A stretch of DNA of 64,000 bases from a virus (lineage: Duplodnaviria > Caudoviricetes): IMG/VR virus record IMGVR_UViG_3300017435_000003, positions 1,273 to 65,272 of that record; one strand, given 5' to 3'. Numbering within the stretch: position 1 is the first letter of the stretch; the number at the start of each line of letters is the position of its first letter. Both the position numbers and the translations under genes were made by a program. The notes under the pieces are model-generated. The model worked only from the letters and a program-made list of their open reading frames with translations, did not search any database and was not told where the DNA came from. This document shows positions 25,979 to 36,027 of the stretch, one piece after another.

Positions 25979-28900
25979 TTATGCTGCCTGCCTGAACCCG
26001 GGCAGGTTGTTCAGCGACCCTATCGCACCGCCATATCCGAGAACACGCAGGGCGTCGACAATTCGGTCGAGCTTGCCGCCGAGCTCGGAAGTCTGCGCCT
26101 CAGTCGCTTGGACCTGCGTGTTGATGGCCTGCTGCACGGCGGTCGTGTCGAACGGCGATGCTGGCAAGCTCGTCGACGAATTTGCGGCGACGTTTTCCTT
26201 CGCCCTTGTGACCAAGTTGAGGATGTCGCCGACGTCGCTGAAAAAGGCCGAGCCAGATCCGTTTAGCTCCCGGCTGGCCTCCTTGAAGTTGTCGACGGCA
26301 CGCAAGAATTCGTCGTTGTCCACCACCTTCCCCGCGCCAACGTCGGCCCGGTAGGCGGAAAGCGCCTGCGCTGCGTTCTCGTAGGTCGTGCGCTTGTTGA
26401 ACGGCGAGGACGAGCCGCCCTTCATTTCGTCAATGTACTGCTGCAGCGCTTCGACGCTGGCGTCACTGGCCTGCTTGATAGCCTCCGCGCGCTGCAGATC
26501 GTAGAGCTTTTGCGCGTCTGCGAACTGCGACGCCGTGGCGCCACCCTCCTTCAAATAGGAGATCATCTTGGTGAACTCGAGATTGAGCTCGTCGATCGCT
26601 GCGCCCACTGGATCCGTCATCTGCTTGAGACGCTTAGGGATGGATTCGATGACCGAAGCCTTTTCGAGCGCGCGCTGCATATCCTGCCCGGACCGCAGGA
26701 TCTTCTGCGAGGCAGCGCTGATGCCGGTGATGACCCCCTTTTCGAGCGCATAGGACATCGCCGCGGCGGCGGCCTCTTCCGCCGACGCGAACTCTTGGCG
26801 GCCGCTAGACTCACCCGGGGTGGGATCGAAGGTGTACTTGTCCTTCCGCATCCCGAGCGAGCCCAGGTTCACTCCGGTCGCAAGGCCCCCGCCCAGCTGC
26901 TCGGCGATGTTCTGCAGCGAGGACACGAGGCTGTTCGCCGAATCCGATGCGGCGGTCTTACGAGACGTCGAATTGCCAGCCAGCGTGAACGCTGCCCCGC
27001 CGTCCGCGCCGACCATGATGTTGTCGGCGTAGCCCTTCTTCGTTTTCTTGAAGAGACCGCCCAGCAAGCCGCCGACTACACCGCCAATGGCCGCGCCCAC
27101 CCCGGGAGGCAGGCCGGGGATGAAGTTGCCCAGCGCGCCACCGAGGGCGGAGCCGCTCGACGACGACTTTAGGCCCAGCATCTTGAGCGCGCCGCCGGCC
27201 ATCGCACCCGTGCCTGCGCCTTCCAGCGCAGTCGATACGCCGCCGCCGATGCCCTTGAAGAAGTTGCCGCTTTTGAAGGTCTTATCGAGCGTCTCTCCGA
27301 TGCCGGTGAAGAGCTCCTGATAGGTGACGCCCGCCGTTGGAATGGGGGCCGAAGACGCGATCGGCGGCTTCGCATCTCGCGTCTTTACGACAACGATGCT
27401 TCCATCGGGGTCGACGTAGGACCCGGAAGACGAGGGAGCCGCCCCGCCGCCGACATCGAGGCCGGCTATCCCGCCACTCGTAGCGCCGGCCGTTCCGGAC
27501 GCAGTGTTCGCCAGCTTGTCCAGTGCGTCTGCCGCGCGTTCGGCAGAGGATTTGAGATTGTCGTTCGCGGCCGCCAGCGGCGTGAACTTATCCGCGGTGT
27601 CCTTTACGCTCTTTGCCAGGATCTCGGCCGCCTGGTCGACTCCGTTCGACCCCTTGACGAGATCGCGCAGCTTCTCGTCCGCGCCTGCGAAGATCCTCTC
27701 GGTCAGCTGGCGTGCGCGGATCTGCAGGGCGTTCTGCACGACGCTGTTGAAGAAGCCCTTGATCGATTTGAGCGGGTTCTTCTGGAAGCCCAGCAGCATG
27801 GTCTCGAAAGCGTCGCGCGTCTGCTGCGCAACGCCCAGGATCTGGCTGGTCTGGCGCTGGCGAGACTCGAGCGCATCGTTGATACGCTCGTTTACACGCT
27901 CCTGCGCAAGCGCGGTCTCGAGATCCGCACGCGTGACGGCCCCGGTGTCGCGCTGCAATTGCAGCATGCGCTCCAGGACGTTGGCCTCGAGATCGTATCC
28001 CTGCAGACGCAGCTGAGCGACTTCGTTGCCACGGCGCTGCTCCTCGATCGCTTCCGTGATCGGCCGACGCAGGCCCTCATAGACACGGCGCTTGTCCCCA
28101 TCGGCCATCGCCTGCGTATAGAGGCCTTCCTCAAGCTCGGTGCCCACAAGCTCCTGGAGCTTGGCCATAGCTTCGATGGCATTGTCCAGGGCGCGCGTGT
28201 CGCCGTAGGAGGAGAGGATGTCGCGGCGCTGATTGCTCCCCTTCTCCATCTCGGCCTGGCGGGCCTTCTCGTCGGCGATTGCTTGCGCGCTGGCACGATG
28301 CGACGCGGCGGCCGACGCGTCGATCTTGGACATCTCGGCATCGTAGCTGGCGAGAATGTCGCGGCGCTGCTTGCGGAACTCCTCGCCGCTGATGTTCGGC
28401 GCGTTCTTCTGCAGAGCCAGCAGCTTGGCGTTGGTGTTGTCGGAGAGCGAATCCTTGCGGTCTTGGACAGCATCGCGCTCGGCCTTGCGCGCCGCCACGC
28501 CAGCCGCAGTACGCGACTTGCCTAGTTCCTTTGCTGCGGCGGATGCCGCCTTGACCGCGCTGAGATTGGTCTCGAGTTGCTGCAGGTAGGCTTCCTCGCC
28601 ATCGCGGGCGATGATCGCGCTGCGCTGCGCCCGCGTCGTCTGCAGGTCGGCGCGCGCGCGCTCAACGGGTGTGCGCGCGGCGCGCTGCGCGGCGATTGCC
28701 TCAAGCTCGGCCGACTTGCGCGCGGCACGAGCCGGAGCAGACTCTTCGCGCCGGAGCGATTGCGCACCGCTGAAATCACCGCGAGCAACAGCCAAGTCGG
28801 AGGGCTTGGCCCTACCCTCGAGACTCTTCGCACCCGCAAGGGCGCTCTGCGTGTTCTGCGCAAGCGTGACGATCGCGGCCGCGTCCGAGCGCACGCCGGC

Positions 28901-31045
28901 GATCTGCTTGGCGTACTTCGGATCGAACTTGTTGCTGTCCAGGAACTTGGTGACTTCGGAGATCGGGATCCGGCCGGACGCATACTCGCGCAGCTTCGCG
29001 CGCACCTGCGGTGGCAATCCCTGCCCGGCGAGACCTTGGCCAAGGATCCCGGCCTCCTGGCCCTTGTTGGTCAACTGGACGCGTGCAGCACGGTACTGCT
29101 GGTTGGCGTCCACTGCCTCGCTCTTCATCGCCTCGATCTGATTGGCGCGCAGCGTCTTGTTCTGCTCGATCAGACGGCCGGTCGTGAGATCGACGAACTT
29201 GGCAAGGTTGGCCTGGCGCTCTGCCATGCGGTCCGCGGCCGCGCTCGCGGCATCCTGCTGCGTGGCGAACTGGATCAGCCACGACACCGCGAAGGACAGC
29301 GCCAGTCCGACCAGGTTCACCTGCGCGATCAGCCCCTTCACCGCCGCGCCGAACGTGCGGCTGGCAGCGGCGGCTGCGTTCTGCGCCGTCGTGGCCGCCG
29401 TCACTGCACCGCGATAGCCCACCGTTGTCGTCTGCAACTGACCCGTCGCCGTGCGCAGCTGCGTCGTCGTGGCCGTAAGGCGGGCCTGGGCCTCGTTGTA
29501 ACGCGCCGTGGCGGTCGTGGCGGCCCGGGTGAGCTCTGCTTGGTCAGAGCGGCTCCCAACGAAACCCGGCTGGTTGTACTTCCGGCTATTGGCGATCGCC
29601 GTCGCCCGCGCGGCCTGTGCCGCCTCCTTCTCTTGGGCGACCACCTGCTGCAATGCGGCGCGGCGCATGCGCAGGCCGGCTACTTCTTGCGCCGCAGCCT
29701 GGCGGGCGCTGAGCGCGACGGTCCGCGCCGTGTTCGCATTACGGGCGGCCTCCGCGGTCGCTGCCCGCGTTGCGGCCTGTTCCGCCTTCCACCCACTGAT
29801 CCGCTTGGCCTGATCCTGTGCGAAGCTGCTCGCACGAAGAGCCGCCCAAGTCGTCACCAGAAACAGCGAAGCCCGGGTTACAGTGCCCAGGTTATCGGCC
29901 AGAAGGTTGAGCCCCGCGCCGAGTGTGCGCGTGACGCCCGCCGCCTCATCGCCCCCGTTGATCATCACGGTGAATGCGTTGTTGAGCTTGGCGACCGACG
30001 ACGAGATCGTCGCGGGTAGCTTCTCGAGCTCGGCATCGATCTTTGCACCGGAGCGCTCGAGCGCAGACGCGACGACTTCCGGCGTGAGCTTGCCCTGTGC
30101 ACCGAGCTCTTTCAGCTTGGCGATCGTCGTGCCGATGGTGCCGTCAGCGTTTTGGAAGCCTTCCGCCAGCGCCTTGGCCAGCCGGAGGGAGTTCTCCTTC
30201 ACCGACTTGAGTTCGTCGCCGGACAGGGTGCCCGAGCCCAAGCCCTGCGAGAACTGGTACAGGCCTGCCGCCTGAGACGACGCAGGACCACCGGACAGAC
30301 GCGCCGCCTTCGACGCCAGTTCGGTGATGCGTGCAACGCGCTCTTGAGACAGCCCGGCATCGCGGCCCGCCAGCGTGAGGCGCGAGTACAGCGAGACGAC
30401 AGGCTCGAGGCCGACGCGCGCGTTATCGGCAATGCGGCGCGCTTCCAGGAACGCGCTGTTGACCTGCTGCTGCGTCTCGTAGAGCGGCCGCAACTGGTTC
30501 TTGAGCTCAGCCGCGCTATCCGCCGCGCGCGCAAAGGATCCGATGACCGCCAGCGCACCAACCGCGCCCAGTTGGATGCCGGCCAGTTCGCGCACTGCCA
30601 CGGCAATTGCCGAGATGCGGCCAGCGACCGGACCCAACGGCCCCTGCGCGACGTTCGCGGCGATCGAGGTGAGGCGCAGGGCGCGCTCAAGCTGAGTGGT
30701 CGACGCGGCCGCGGCGCGCGCGGCGTTGCTCTCCAGAATGTGCTTGCTGGCCAGCCGCTCGGACGATGCCGCGGCTTCGCGCTGCGCGCGGACGCTCCCC
30801 TGAATCGCCTGCGCGCGTGTACGCTCTGCCGCCGCCGCTGCCGCCACCTGGCCCGGCGCCGGACCACCGCCCAGCGCGCCCGCCACCTTCCCGCCCGCCG
30901 ACGCGGCGCTGGCACGATTCGCAGCCTGCGCGATGCGATTGAACGACGCGGTCGCCTTACGCTCGAGCGCAGCGAACGCCGGATCGACGGTCTTCGCTTC
31001 CTCGACATTGAGGAACGTCGTGAATGTCGATGCGCGACGAGCCAT
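25979..31045 (-). CDS. Tail tape measure protein, 1688 aa
   Basis: Tape_meas-type region (YQFSQGLGSGTLSGDELKSVKEN), long Ala-rich helical protein, G-rich C-terminal part. Confidence 0.92.
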   Translation of the reverse strand: MARRASTFTTFLNVEEAKTVDPAFAALERKATASFNRIAQAANRASAASAGGKVAGALGGGPAPGQVAAAAAAERTRAQAIQGSVRAQREAAASSERLASKHILESNAARAAAASTTQLERALRLTSIAANVAQGPLGPVAGRISAIAVAVRELAGIQLGAVGALAVIGSFARAADSAAELKNQLRPLYETQQQVNSAFLEARRIADNARVGLEPVVSLYSRLTLAGRDAGLSQERVARITELASKAARLSGGPASSQAAGLYQFSQGLGSGTLSGDELKSVKENSLRLAKALAEGFQNADGTIGTTIAKLKELGAQGKLTPEVVASALERSGAKIDAELEKLPATISSSVAKLNNAFTVMINGGDEAAGVTRTLGAGLNLLADNLGTVTRASLFLVTTWAALRASSFAQDQAKRISGWKAEQAATRAATAEAARNANTARTVALSARQAAAQEVAGLRMRRAALQQVVAQEKEAAQAARATAIANSRKYNQPGFVGSRSDQAELTRAATTATARYNEAQARLTATTTQLRTATGQLQTTTVGYRGAVTAATTAQNAAAAASRTFGAAVKGLIAQVNLVGLALSFAVSWLIQFATQQDAASAAADRMAERQANLAKFVDLTTGRLIEQNKTLRANQIEAMKSEAVDANQQYRAARVQLTNKGQEAGILGQGLAGQGLPPQVRAKLREYASGRIPISEVTKFLDSNKFDPKYAKQIAGVRSDAAAIVTLAQNTQSALAGAKSLEGRAKPSDLAVARGDFSGAQSLRREESAPARAARKSAELEAIAAQRAARTPVERARADLQTTRAQRSAIIARDGEEAYLQQLETNLSAVKAASAAAKELGKSRTAAGVAARKAERDAVQDRKDSLSDNTNAKLLALQKNAPNISGEEFRKQRRDILASYDAEMSKIDASAAASHRASAQAIADEKARQAEMEKGSNQRRDILSSYGDTRALDNAIEAMAKLQELVGTELEEGLYTQAMADGDKRRVYEGLRRPITEAIEEQRRGNEVAQLRLQGYDLEANVLERMLQLQRDTGAVTRADLETALAQERVNERINDALESRQRQTSQILGVAQQTRDAFETMLLGFQKNPLKSIKGFFNSVVQNALQIRARQLTERIFAGADEKLRDLVKGSNGVDQAAEILAKSVKDTADKFTPLAAANDNLKSSAERAADALDKLANTASGTAGATSGGIAGLDVGGGAAPSSSGSYVDPDGSIVVVKTRDAKPPIASSAPIPTAGVTYQELFTGIGETLDKTFKSGNFFKGIGGGVSTALEGAGTGAMAGGALKMLGLKSSSSGSALGGALGNFIPGLPPGVGAAIGGVVGGLLGGLFKKTKKGYADNIMVGADGGAAFTLAGNSTSRKTAASDSANSLVSSLQNIAEQLGGGLATGVNLGSLGMRKDKYTFDPTPGESSGRQEFASAEEAAAAAMSYALEKGVITGISAASQKILRSGQDMQRALEKASVIESIPKRLKQMTDPVGAAIDELNLEFTKMISYLKEGGATASQFADAQKLYDLQRAEAIKQASDASVEALQQYIDEMKGGSSSPFNKRTTYENAAQALSAYRADVGAGKVVDNDEFLRAVDNFKEASRELNGSGSAFFSDVGDILNLVTRAKENVAANSSTSLPASPFDTTAVQQAINTQVQATEAQTSELGGKLDRIVDALRVLGYGGAIGSLNNLPGFRQAA

Positions 31046-31094
31046 AGGGATCTCCTAAGAAACGTCGCTGGTGGCCGTCCGAAGGCTTACCGCA

Positions 31095-31802
31095 TCAGCG
31101 TTGGCGCTGATAGTCCCGCATCAGGCGCGCGATGTAGTCTGCTACCCGCGCCGCCTCGACGAACACTTCGGCCTCCTGGTCGAAGCGCTTGGTGCGCCGG
31201 GTGTTCCGGATCAGGATGAAGGCGACCACCGCGCGCTTGGGTACGATCCGAGTCCGCGTGCCGCGCGGGCCCATCGCCTTCGCCTGGCCGTTCTTCGGCG
31301 ACAGCGAGACGTTGTTCACCAGGAGCAGCGCTTGCGAGGATGAGACCTGCACGAAGCGGAGCTCACCAATCTTACGGTTGAGGCCTGCCTTTTCCCACAG
31401 TGCGGGCGTGAGCCGCTGCCGGCGGCCGCCAGCCGAGACGAGGCGCGGGACGGCTTTCGTGGGAATCGCGAGCCAACGGCCCAAAGGCGTGATGTTGGCG
31501 CCTTGCGTGTAGGCGTCGAGGGCGCCGCCAGCGCGACTATCATCGCCGCCGCGAGCATACAGCGCGCCATAAGGCGTGCGGTCGGTCTGGCCCTTCTTCT
31601 TCGCGCTAGTGTGGCCGACGGCATTCGCCAGCTTTCCAAGTCCCACGCTGCGCATGCGCGCTTTGACGCGAGCCGCGCCGCGAGTAATCGCCAGGTCGGT
31701 CGCGGTGTAGGCGACGGCGCGGATCTCTTTGTGATAGCGATCGCGATCAAGGCGGACGGACGAGAAGTCCGAACTCTTCACCTTGATCGCGATGCGCGTC
31801 AC
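31095..31802 (-). CDS. Putative tail completion/neck protein (basic)
   Basis: Basic protein with ARGG, GANITP...RWLAIPT motifs typical of HK97 gp10-like/minor tail proteins. Confidence 0.5.
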   Translation of the reverse strand: MTRIAIKVKSSDFSSVRLDRDRYHKEIRAVAYTATDLAITRGAARVKARMRSVGLGKLANAVGHTSAKKKGQTDRTPYGALYARGGDDSRAGGALDAYTQGANITPLGRWLAIPTKAVPRLVSAGGRRQRLTPALWEKAGLNRKIGELRFVQVSSSQALLLVNNVSLSPKNGQAKAMGPRGTRTRIVPKRAVVAFILIRNTRRTKRFDQEAEVFVEAARVADYIARLMRDYQRQR

Positions 31803-32089
31803 CCCTCATTCTCCCGATAGTATTCGTCGATGATTTCCATCGCGCGAAGGAAGCGGACGGGCTGGTGGATCAGCCCGCGCCCGTCTGGGAAGGATCTTCG
31901 CTCTGGATTGCGCCAAGATAGGAGGAAGTAGAGCTCGACGGCAGCGTCGTGGTCACGCCGAATCCGTCGGTCGGGGCAGGTCCAGTGCTCGATGTCGTCA
32001 AAGACCCATCGCTGGACACCGGCACGTCGCTCGGTTCGGGCGAACCAGTCGGGCCGGACTCGCTTTCGGGCGGCAAGTCGGAGTTTCCC
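31799..32089 (-). CDS. -1 frame extension of the tail assembly chaperone (gpT-like part of gpGT)
   Basis: The -1 frame is open from the slippery site to TGA 31799 and encodes WTCP...FPDGRGLIHQP...AMEII; no independent RBS. Confidence 0.75.
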   Translation of the reverse strand, partial: GKLRLAARKRVRPDWFARTERRAGVQRWVFDDIEHWTCPDRRIRRDHDAAVELYFLLSWRNPERRSFPDGRGLIHQPVRFLRAMEIIDEYYRENEG

Positions 32090-32748
32090 TTTTCGGTCGC
32101 ATCCACACTCCCCGTGCTCATGGTGCGGTTGAGAAGCTCCTCGACAGCGTCCTTGCCGATCTCGGTCTTGAGCGCTTCCCATGTCTCTTCGGGGACGATG
32201 GTGCCCGTCTTCACGAACGGCACGCTCGCGCCCTGCCAGCCGGACAGCACGATGCGGGTCATCCCTTCGCGCTGCTTGCGGTTGAACTGCTGCATCTCGA
32301 TCGTCATGTCGCGCAGCTTCGGCGAGGCGCGGCGCAGCGTGTCAGCGAAAGCGGATGCCCTGGATTTCTCCCGGACGCTCTGCGTGTGCTGGGGGCGGGC
32401 GGCCTGCGGGCGCTTCACACCGGCGGCCCAATCCAGAAGCCGCTGGTCTTCTTGCAGCTGCCAGTTGGCGACCTGGTCGTTGTAAAGATCCTGCGCCTGC
32501 CAGTGCTCGTCCATCAGGTTGGCGTAAGTCTCGCCCTCCTCGTCACCGTGGAGACGGAAGATCTCTTCGATGAAATTGGCTCGGAAGGTCTCCTGCGAGA
32601 TGGGCAGGATGTTGTGACGGAAGAGCTCGTATCCGACCTGGTCATAATCCGATTGCGTCATCGGCGGGACGAAGAACTCGATGTTGGGGGCCGCTTTCAG
32701 CACGAGCAACTGAGGCGTCGTAGAAGCGGAGAAGTATGCAGCGGACAT
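31870..32748 (-). CDS. Tail assembly chaperone (gpG-like)
   Basis: Between the tail tube and tape measure; ATG 32748; contains the slippery site. Confidence 0.75.
   Translation of the reverse strand: MSAAYFSASTTPQLLVLKAAPNIEFFVPPMTQSDYDQVGYELFRHNILPISQETFRANFIEEIFRLHGDEEGETYANLMDEHWQAQDLYNDQVANWQLQEDQRLLDWAAGVKRPQAARPQHTQSVREKSRASAFADTLRRASPKLRDMTIEMQQFNRKQREGMTRIVLSGWQGASVPFVKTGTIVPEETWEALKTEIGKDAVEELLNRTMSTGSVDATEKGNSDLPPESESGPTGSPEPSDVPVSSDGSLTTSSTGPAPTDGFGVTTTLPSSSTSSYLGAIQSEDPSQTGAG
32083..32092 (-). other. Programmed -1 ribosomal frameshift site (A AAG GGA AAC)
   Basis: Two overlapping in-frame X XXY YYZ heptamers, AAAGGGA and GGGAAAC (compare lambda GGGAAAG). Confidence 0.8.
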
Positions 32749-32750
32749 GA

Positions 32751-32800
32751 AAAAACCTCCGGGGTGGTGGCCAAAGATGACGCCCACCCCGGAGGTTTTA
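32751..32800 (-). terminator. Intrinsic terminator after the tail tube gene
   Basis: AAACCTCCGGGG(G)TGG...CCACCCCGGAGGTTTTTT on the minus strand. Confidence 0.75.
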
Positions 32801-32811
32801 TGCCCCGCGCT

Positions 32812-34008
32812 TCACCAGAAGAGGGTGAGAGTCGCCGATTTGTCTACGCCGACGAACGCAGCATTGCCAGTCAAGTTGACGAAGCCGTTCCGGTCGCCCG
32901 GATTGTTCATCGGGTCGAGGACGATCTCAGGGACCAGGAAGCCCCAGCGGTTGCCCGGGCCCATCCCCCACAGCGACATGGACGAAACCGACGTCTGGTT
33001 GTCGACGCGGGTGTCCAGATCGAAGTCGGTCTTCGCCATCTGGTTGAGATCGATGTCGAAGGTACGCGTACCCGACATGATCTCGTAGCCGTCCTGACCC
33101 TGCTCGGCGGCCGCGTTCGACGCACCGGCGACTTCCGACTGGATGGCGAAGCGCGTCGACTGATGGCCGAGGGCCACACGGTCGAGCGTGAACTTACCGT
33201 TCCGGAAGGGAGCGATCGAGGTCAGCTGCGCAGAGGTGAGCGGCGGCGCTGCTTCGTCCGCCGTGCCAGCCGGCAGGCCCTTCATCGAGAACTCGATAGA
33301 AGGGAACGACTGGTTCTGCTCGTTCGCCACAGGCAGATCGAGCGTCAAGGACTCGATGCGCACGTCGCGATAATCGTAGCGCTTCTTGTCGCGCCAGATC
33401 GAGATCGAGAGCAGCGGCGGCGATACCGTCAGCGTGCTCAACTGGTACGTGACGTTGGGCGGGATGGTGTACGTGCCCGACGCGGGCGCGACACCCAAGG
33501 TCTCCGCCAGCGCCGCGACCTTGCTCGTGCCATTGTAATCCTGGATCAGCGAGGTGCCCTTGATCGCACCAACGCCGATGTTCGCATGCTGGATCGGCAT
33601 GCCCAGGTAGAAGTCGTCAATCGACGACGCAGCCGCGGCCATCGTCAACGAGGTGGTGGTGCCGCCCGCCACCGCGCCGGTGATCGCGGTTGCAAGGCGC
33701 ACTTCGGCGAAGCCGGCGGCCTGGAGGATCCTGCCAGCAGGCCAGGCGTTTGCGGCGAACGGGGCCGCGCCGCCGGGGCCGCGGAGGGGAAGTGTTGCGC
33801 CGGCGCTGCCGGTCTTTCCGAGGTAGATGCGGGGCGCGCTCCACACCGAGCCGGTTGCGGTCGGATCCTCCGTCGAAACGATGTCCTCGCTGTTGGTCGG
33901 AACGGAAACGGGGACGATGTCCGCCGCAGCCGGCGCGGTGAAGACCCCCGCAATAGCCTGTAGGGCCACGGCGAAGGCGACAACGCGCGTCTTGTGATTC
34001 CACGCCAT
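32812..34008 (-). CDS. Major tail tube protein with inserted beta-rich domain
   Basis: Position; tube-like C-terminus (YEIMSGTRTFDIDL...DRNGFV); internal DDFYLG...IQDYNGTSKVA insertion. Confidence 0.75.
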   Translation of the reverse strand: MAWNHKTRVVAFAVALQAIAGVFTAPAAADIVPVSVPTNSEDIVSTEDPTATGSVWSAPRIYLGKTGSAGATLPLRGPGGAAPFAANAWPAGRILQAAGFAEVRLATAITGAVAGGTTTSLTMAAAASSIDDFYLGMPIQHANIGVGAIKGTSLIQDYNGTSKVAALAETLGVAPASGTYTIPPNVTYQLSTLTVSPPLLSISIWRDKKRYDYRDVRIESLTLDLPVANEQNQSFPSIEFSMKGLPAGTADEAAPPLTSAQLTSIAPFRNGKFTLDRVALGHQSTRFAIQSEVAGASNAAAEQGQDGYEIMSGTRTFDIDLNQMAKTDFDLDTRVDNQTSVSSMSLWGMGPGNRWGFLVPEIVLDPMNNPGDRNGFVNLTGNAAFVGVDKSATLTLFW

Positions 34009-34014
34009 AACTCC

Positions 34015-34392
34015 TTACTCCCCCTTGGTGGTGCGACGGGCAGGCGCGGGCGCCTCCGCGTCGGCTTCGTCTGCTGCTTGCTCGGCAAGCCCCGGGTCAT
34101 AGACCGTGCGATACTCGGTGATGCCGGTAGCTTCGTCGGTGAACTCGACGCGCTTATAGCCGGCCTGCAGACCGGACGAGGACGTCACGATCTCGTTGAG
34201 CTTCTCGACCGCTTCGCCGACCAGGGCAGGGCGCGCCTTGTCGTTCTTGGCCTTGGCGCTGTCGCCGAGCAGCTTGTCGAGCTCGGCTGCATCGAAGCTG
34301 CCGGCCGGGAGACTGACGGGCGCCGCGCGCGCCGCCTGCAGTTCGGTGCGGTCGGTGGCGACGGGCTCCACCGTCAGATTTCCGTCACTCAT
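34015..34392 (-). CDS. Hypothetical protein in the tail module
   Basis: ORF track; GGAGA RBS. Confidence 0.55.
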   Translation of the reverse strand: MSDGNLTVEPVATDRTELQAARAAPVSLPAGSFDAAELDKLLGDSAKAKNDKARPALVGEAVEKLNEIVTSSSGLQAGYKRVEFTDEATGITEYRTVYDPGLAEQAADEADAEAPAPARRTTKGE

Positions 34393-34916
34393 AGACCATT
34401 CTCCTCCGGAGACAGCAAGTGGTTAGGGTCGTTCCAGAGGGTTCTGTATAGCACAACAACGCTTAGCGCCAATCGGCCATTGTCGGGTGTCGAATCCTCG
34501 TCTGGGTCCACGTCGCCTGGCATTACATCGTCCACCAACGCGCGGATCTTGCTGTTCTCATCCAGATAGAGCCCAGCGAATGTGTTGGCCGAGACCGACA
34601 GGATGTTCCAGCCGGTTGGGTCGCTTTCATCACTGGCGGCTTCCGGCGGCAGATCAACATCCAGCACCAGGTCGATGACAGCTTTCCAGCACACCTCGCT
34701 TGACGAGTGGATGGCCTGGCGATCCGGGTCCAAGGCGATGTCGACCAGCCGCAGCGACATTGCGGGAACCTCGCCCTTGGTCGCCTTACGGTTGCGCATG
34801 TGCCGGATGTAGAACGGATTCGGGAGCCCGACGACGAGATGCACACCCGCATCGATCGCGATCTCCTTCATGACCGTCAGGATCTTCGCGATCGGCGAGA
34901 TCTTCATCGGCATCAC
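34389..34916 (-). CDS. Tail terminator-like protein
   Basis: Acidic, about 175 aa, upstream of the tube; LSVVVLYRT-type C-terminal strand. Confidence 0.6.
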   Translation of the reverse strand: MMPMKISPIAKILTVMKEIAIDAGVHLVVGLPNPFYIRHMRNRKATKGEVPAMSLRLVDIALDPDRQAIHSSSEVCWKAVIDLVLDVDLPPEAASDESDPTGWNILSVSANTFAGLYLDENSKIRALVDDVMPGDVDPDEDSTPDNGRLALSVVVLYRTLWNDPNHLLSPEENGL

Positions 34917-35257
34917 GAAGCCCTTTGCACGTCGAAGAGAAAATAGCGGCCCTGTTCATCGGGCTGCGACCCGGAAGGTCGGTACACGAAGGCGCCCATC
35001 TTCGCACACCGAAATCGATCGGTCTCGAAGCTCGGCTCGCGCTCGCCAGGGAAGTGCGTTTTGCGCAGCTTGAGCCGGGGCCGGGAGCCAAGTGGTTCGT
35101 CAAAGCCCTGCAGCCCGCCTAGGCCAGTAGCCACCGGCGTGTAGAAACCCTTCACCGACGTATAGGTCTCGCCGCCGTCGAGCGAGATGAAGATCACTTC
35201 GCCCAGCCGCTCGTCGACCTGTTCATCCATGCGGGCGGCTAGTTGATCCCAGGACAT
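34913..35257 (-). CDS. Head-tail joining (head closure, gpFII-like) protein
   Basis: Size and position; GGAGA RBS. Confidence 0.55.
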   Translation of the reverse strand: MSWDQLAARMDEQVDERLGEVIFISLDGGETYTSVKGFYTPVATGLGGLQGFDEPLGSRPRLKLRKTHFPGEREPSFETDRFRCAKMGAFVYRPSGSQPDEQGRYFLFDVQRAS

Positions 35258-35277
35258 CGCGGTCTCCAGATAGCAGA

Positions 35278-35305
35278 AGGCCGCCCGGTTCTACCCGAGC
35301 GGCCT
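35278..35305 (-). terminator. Possible terminator hairpin
   Basis: AGGCCGCTCGG/CCGGGCGGCCT stem with a weak U tract. Confidence 0.4.
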
Positions 35306-35329
35306 CATCTGCGCGAGGGCAATCGCCCT

Positions 35330-36007
35330 TTACGACGTGGGGGCAGCGTCCGGGTCCGGCTGCTGCTGCTTTTCTTCCTCGCTCTGCTCCCCGGGCTCCA
35401 CTTCGCCATTGCCGTGCTCGGTGTCGGCGCCGGCGGTCGGGCCGACGGGGTGCTGGCGCACGCCGGTGGCGGGGGCGTTGAGCGCGGACATGCGATCCGC
35501 TTCGGCCTGCGCCTCTTCCTTGCCCTTGATCTTCTCGCCGATCGCGCCGGACGGCCCCATGATCTGGTAGTATCCAGCCCCGACATGCTTGATCGAGTGC
35601 GTGGGATCTGCCTGCGTGCCAGCTGGCGCGATGGGAGCGTCGTTGCCTGACGGCGCGGTAGTCGAGGTGGTGACGACGCCGGCCGCGGTGGTTGCCGTGG
35701 TGGTTGGCGCCGGGCCATCGGGCTCGAGACGTGCAGCGTCCGACTGGATTTCTGGAAAGCCGCCGGCGCGAGTGACGGACAGCGTCTCGAAGTCCTCCTT
35801 CTTCACCATCTTGCCCGTCGCCGGGTTCTTGAAGTCCTCGATGAACTCGCGATCATGGAAGCGCAATGCGTCCTCGAGAGGGATCTCGCGTTCCTTCAAG
35901 GTCGGAATGGCCTTCACCCGCGGATCCTTGGGGTCCATGTGGATGATAGTGCCGTCGCCAAGCGTGTGCGTAAAACGCGTCTTGGCGGTGATCTTTACAA
36001 CAGACAT
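35330..36007 (-). CDS. Hypothetical head-module protein with low-complexity linkers
   Basis: GGAG RBS, ATG 36007; two small domains joined by a T/A/P-rich linker. Confidence 0.65.
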   Translation of the reverse strand: MSVVKITAKTRFTHTLGDGTIIHMDPKDPRVKAIPTLKEREIPLEDALRFHDREFIEDFKNPATGKMVKKEDFETLSVTRAGGFPEIQSDAARLEPDGPAPTTTATTAAGVVTTSTTAPSGNDAPIAPAGTQADPTHSIKHVGAGYYQIMGPSGAIGEKIKGKEEAQAEADRMSALNAPATGVRQHPVGPTAGADTEHGNGEVEPGEQSEEEKQQQPDPDAAPTS

Positions 36008-36027
36008 GCTCGGCTCCTGCATAAGAA

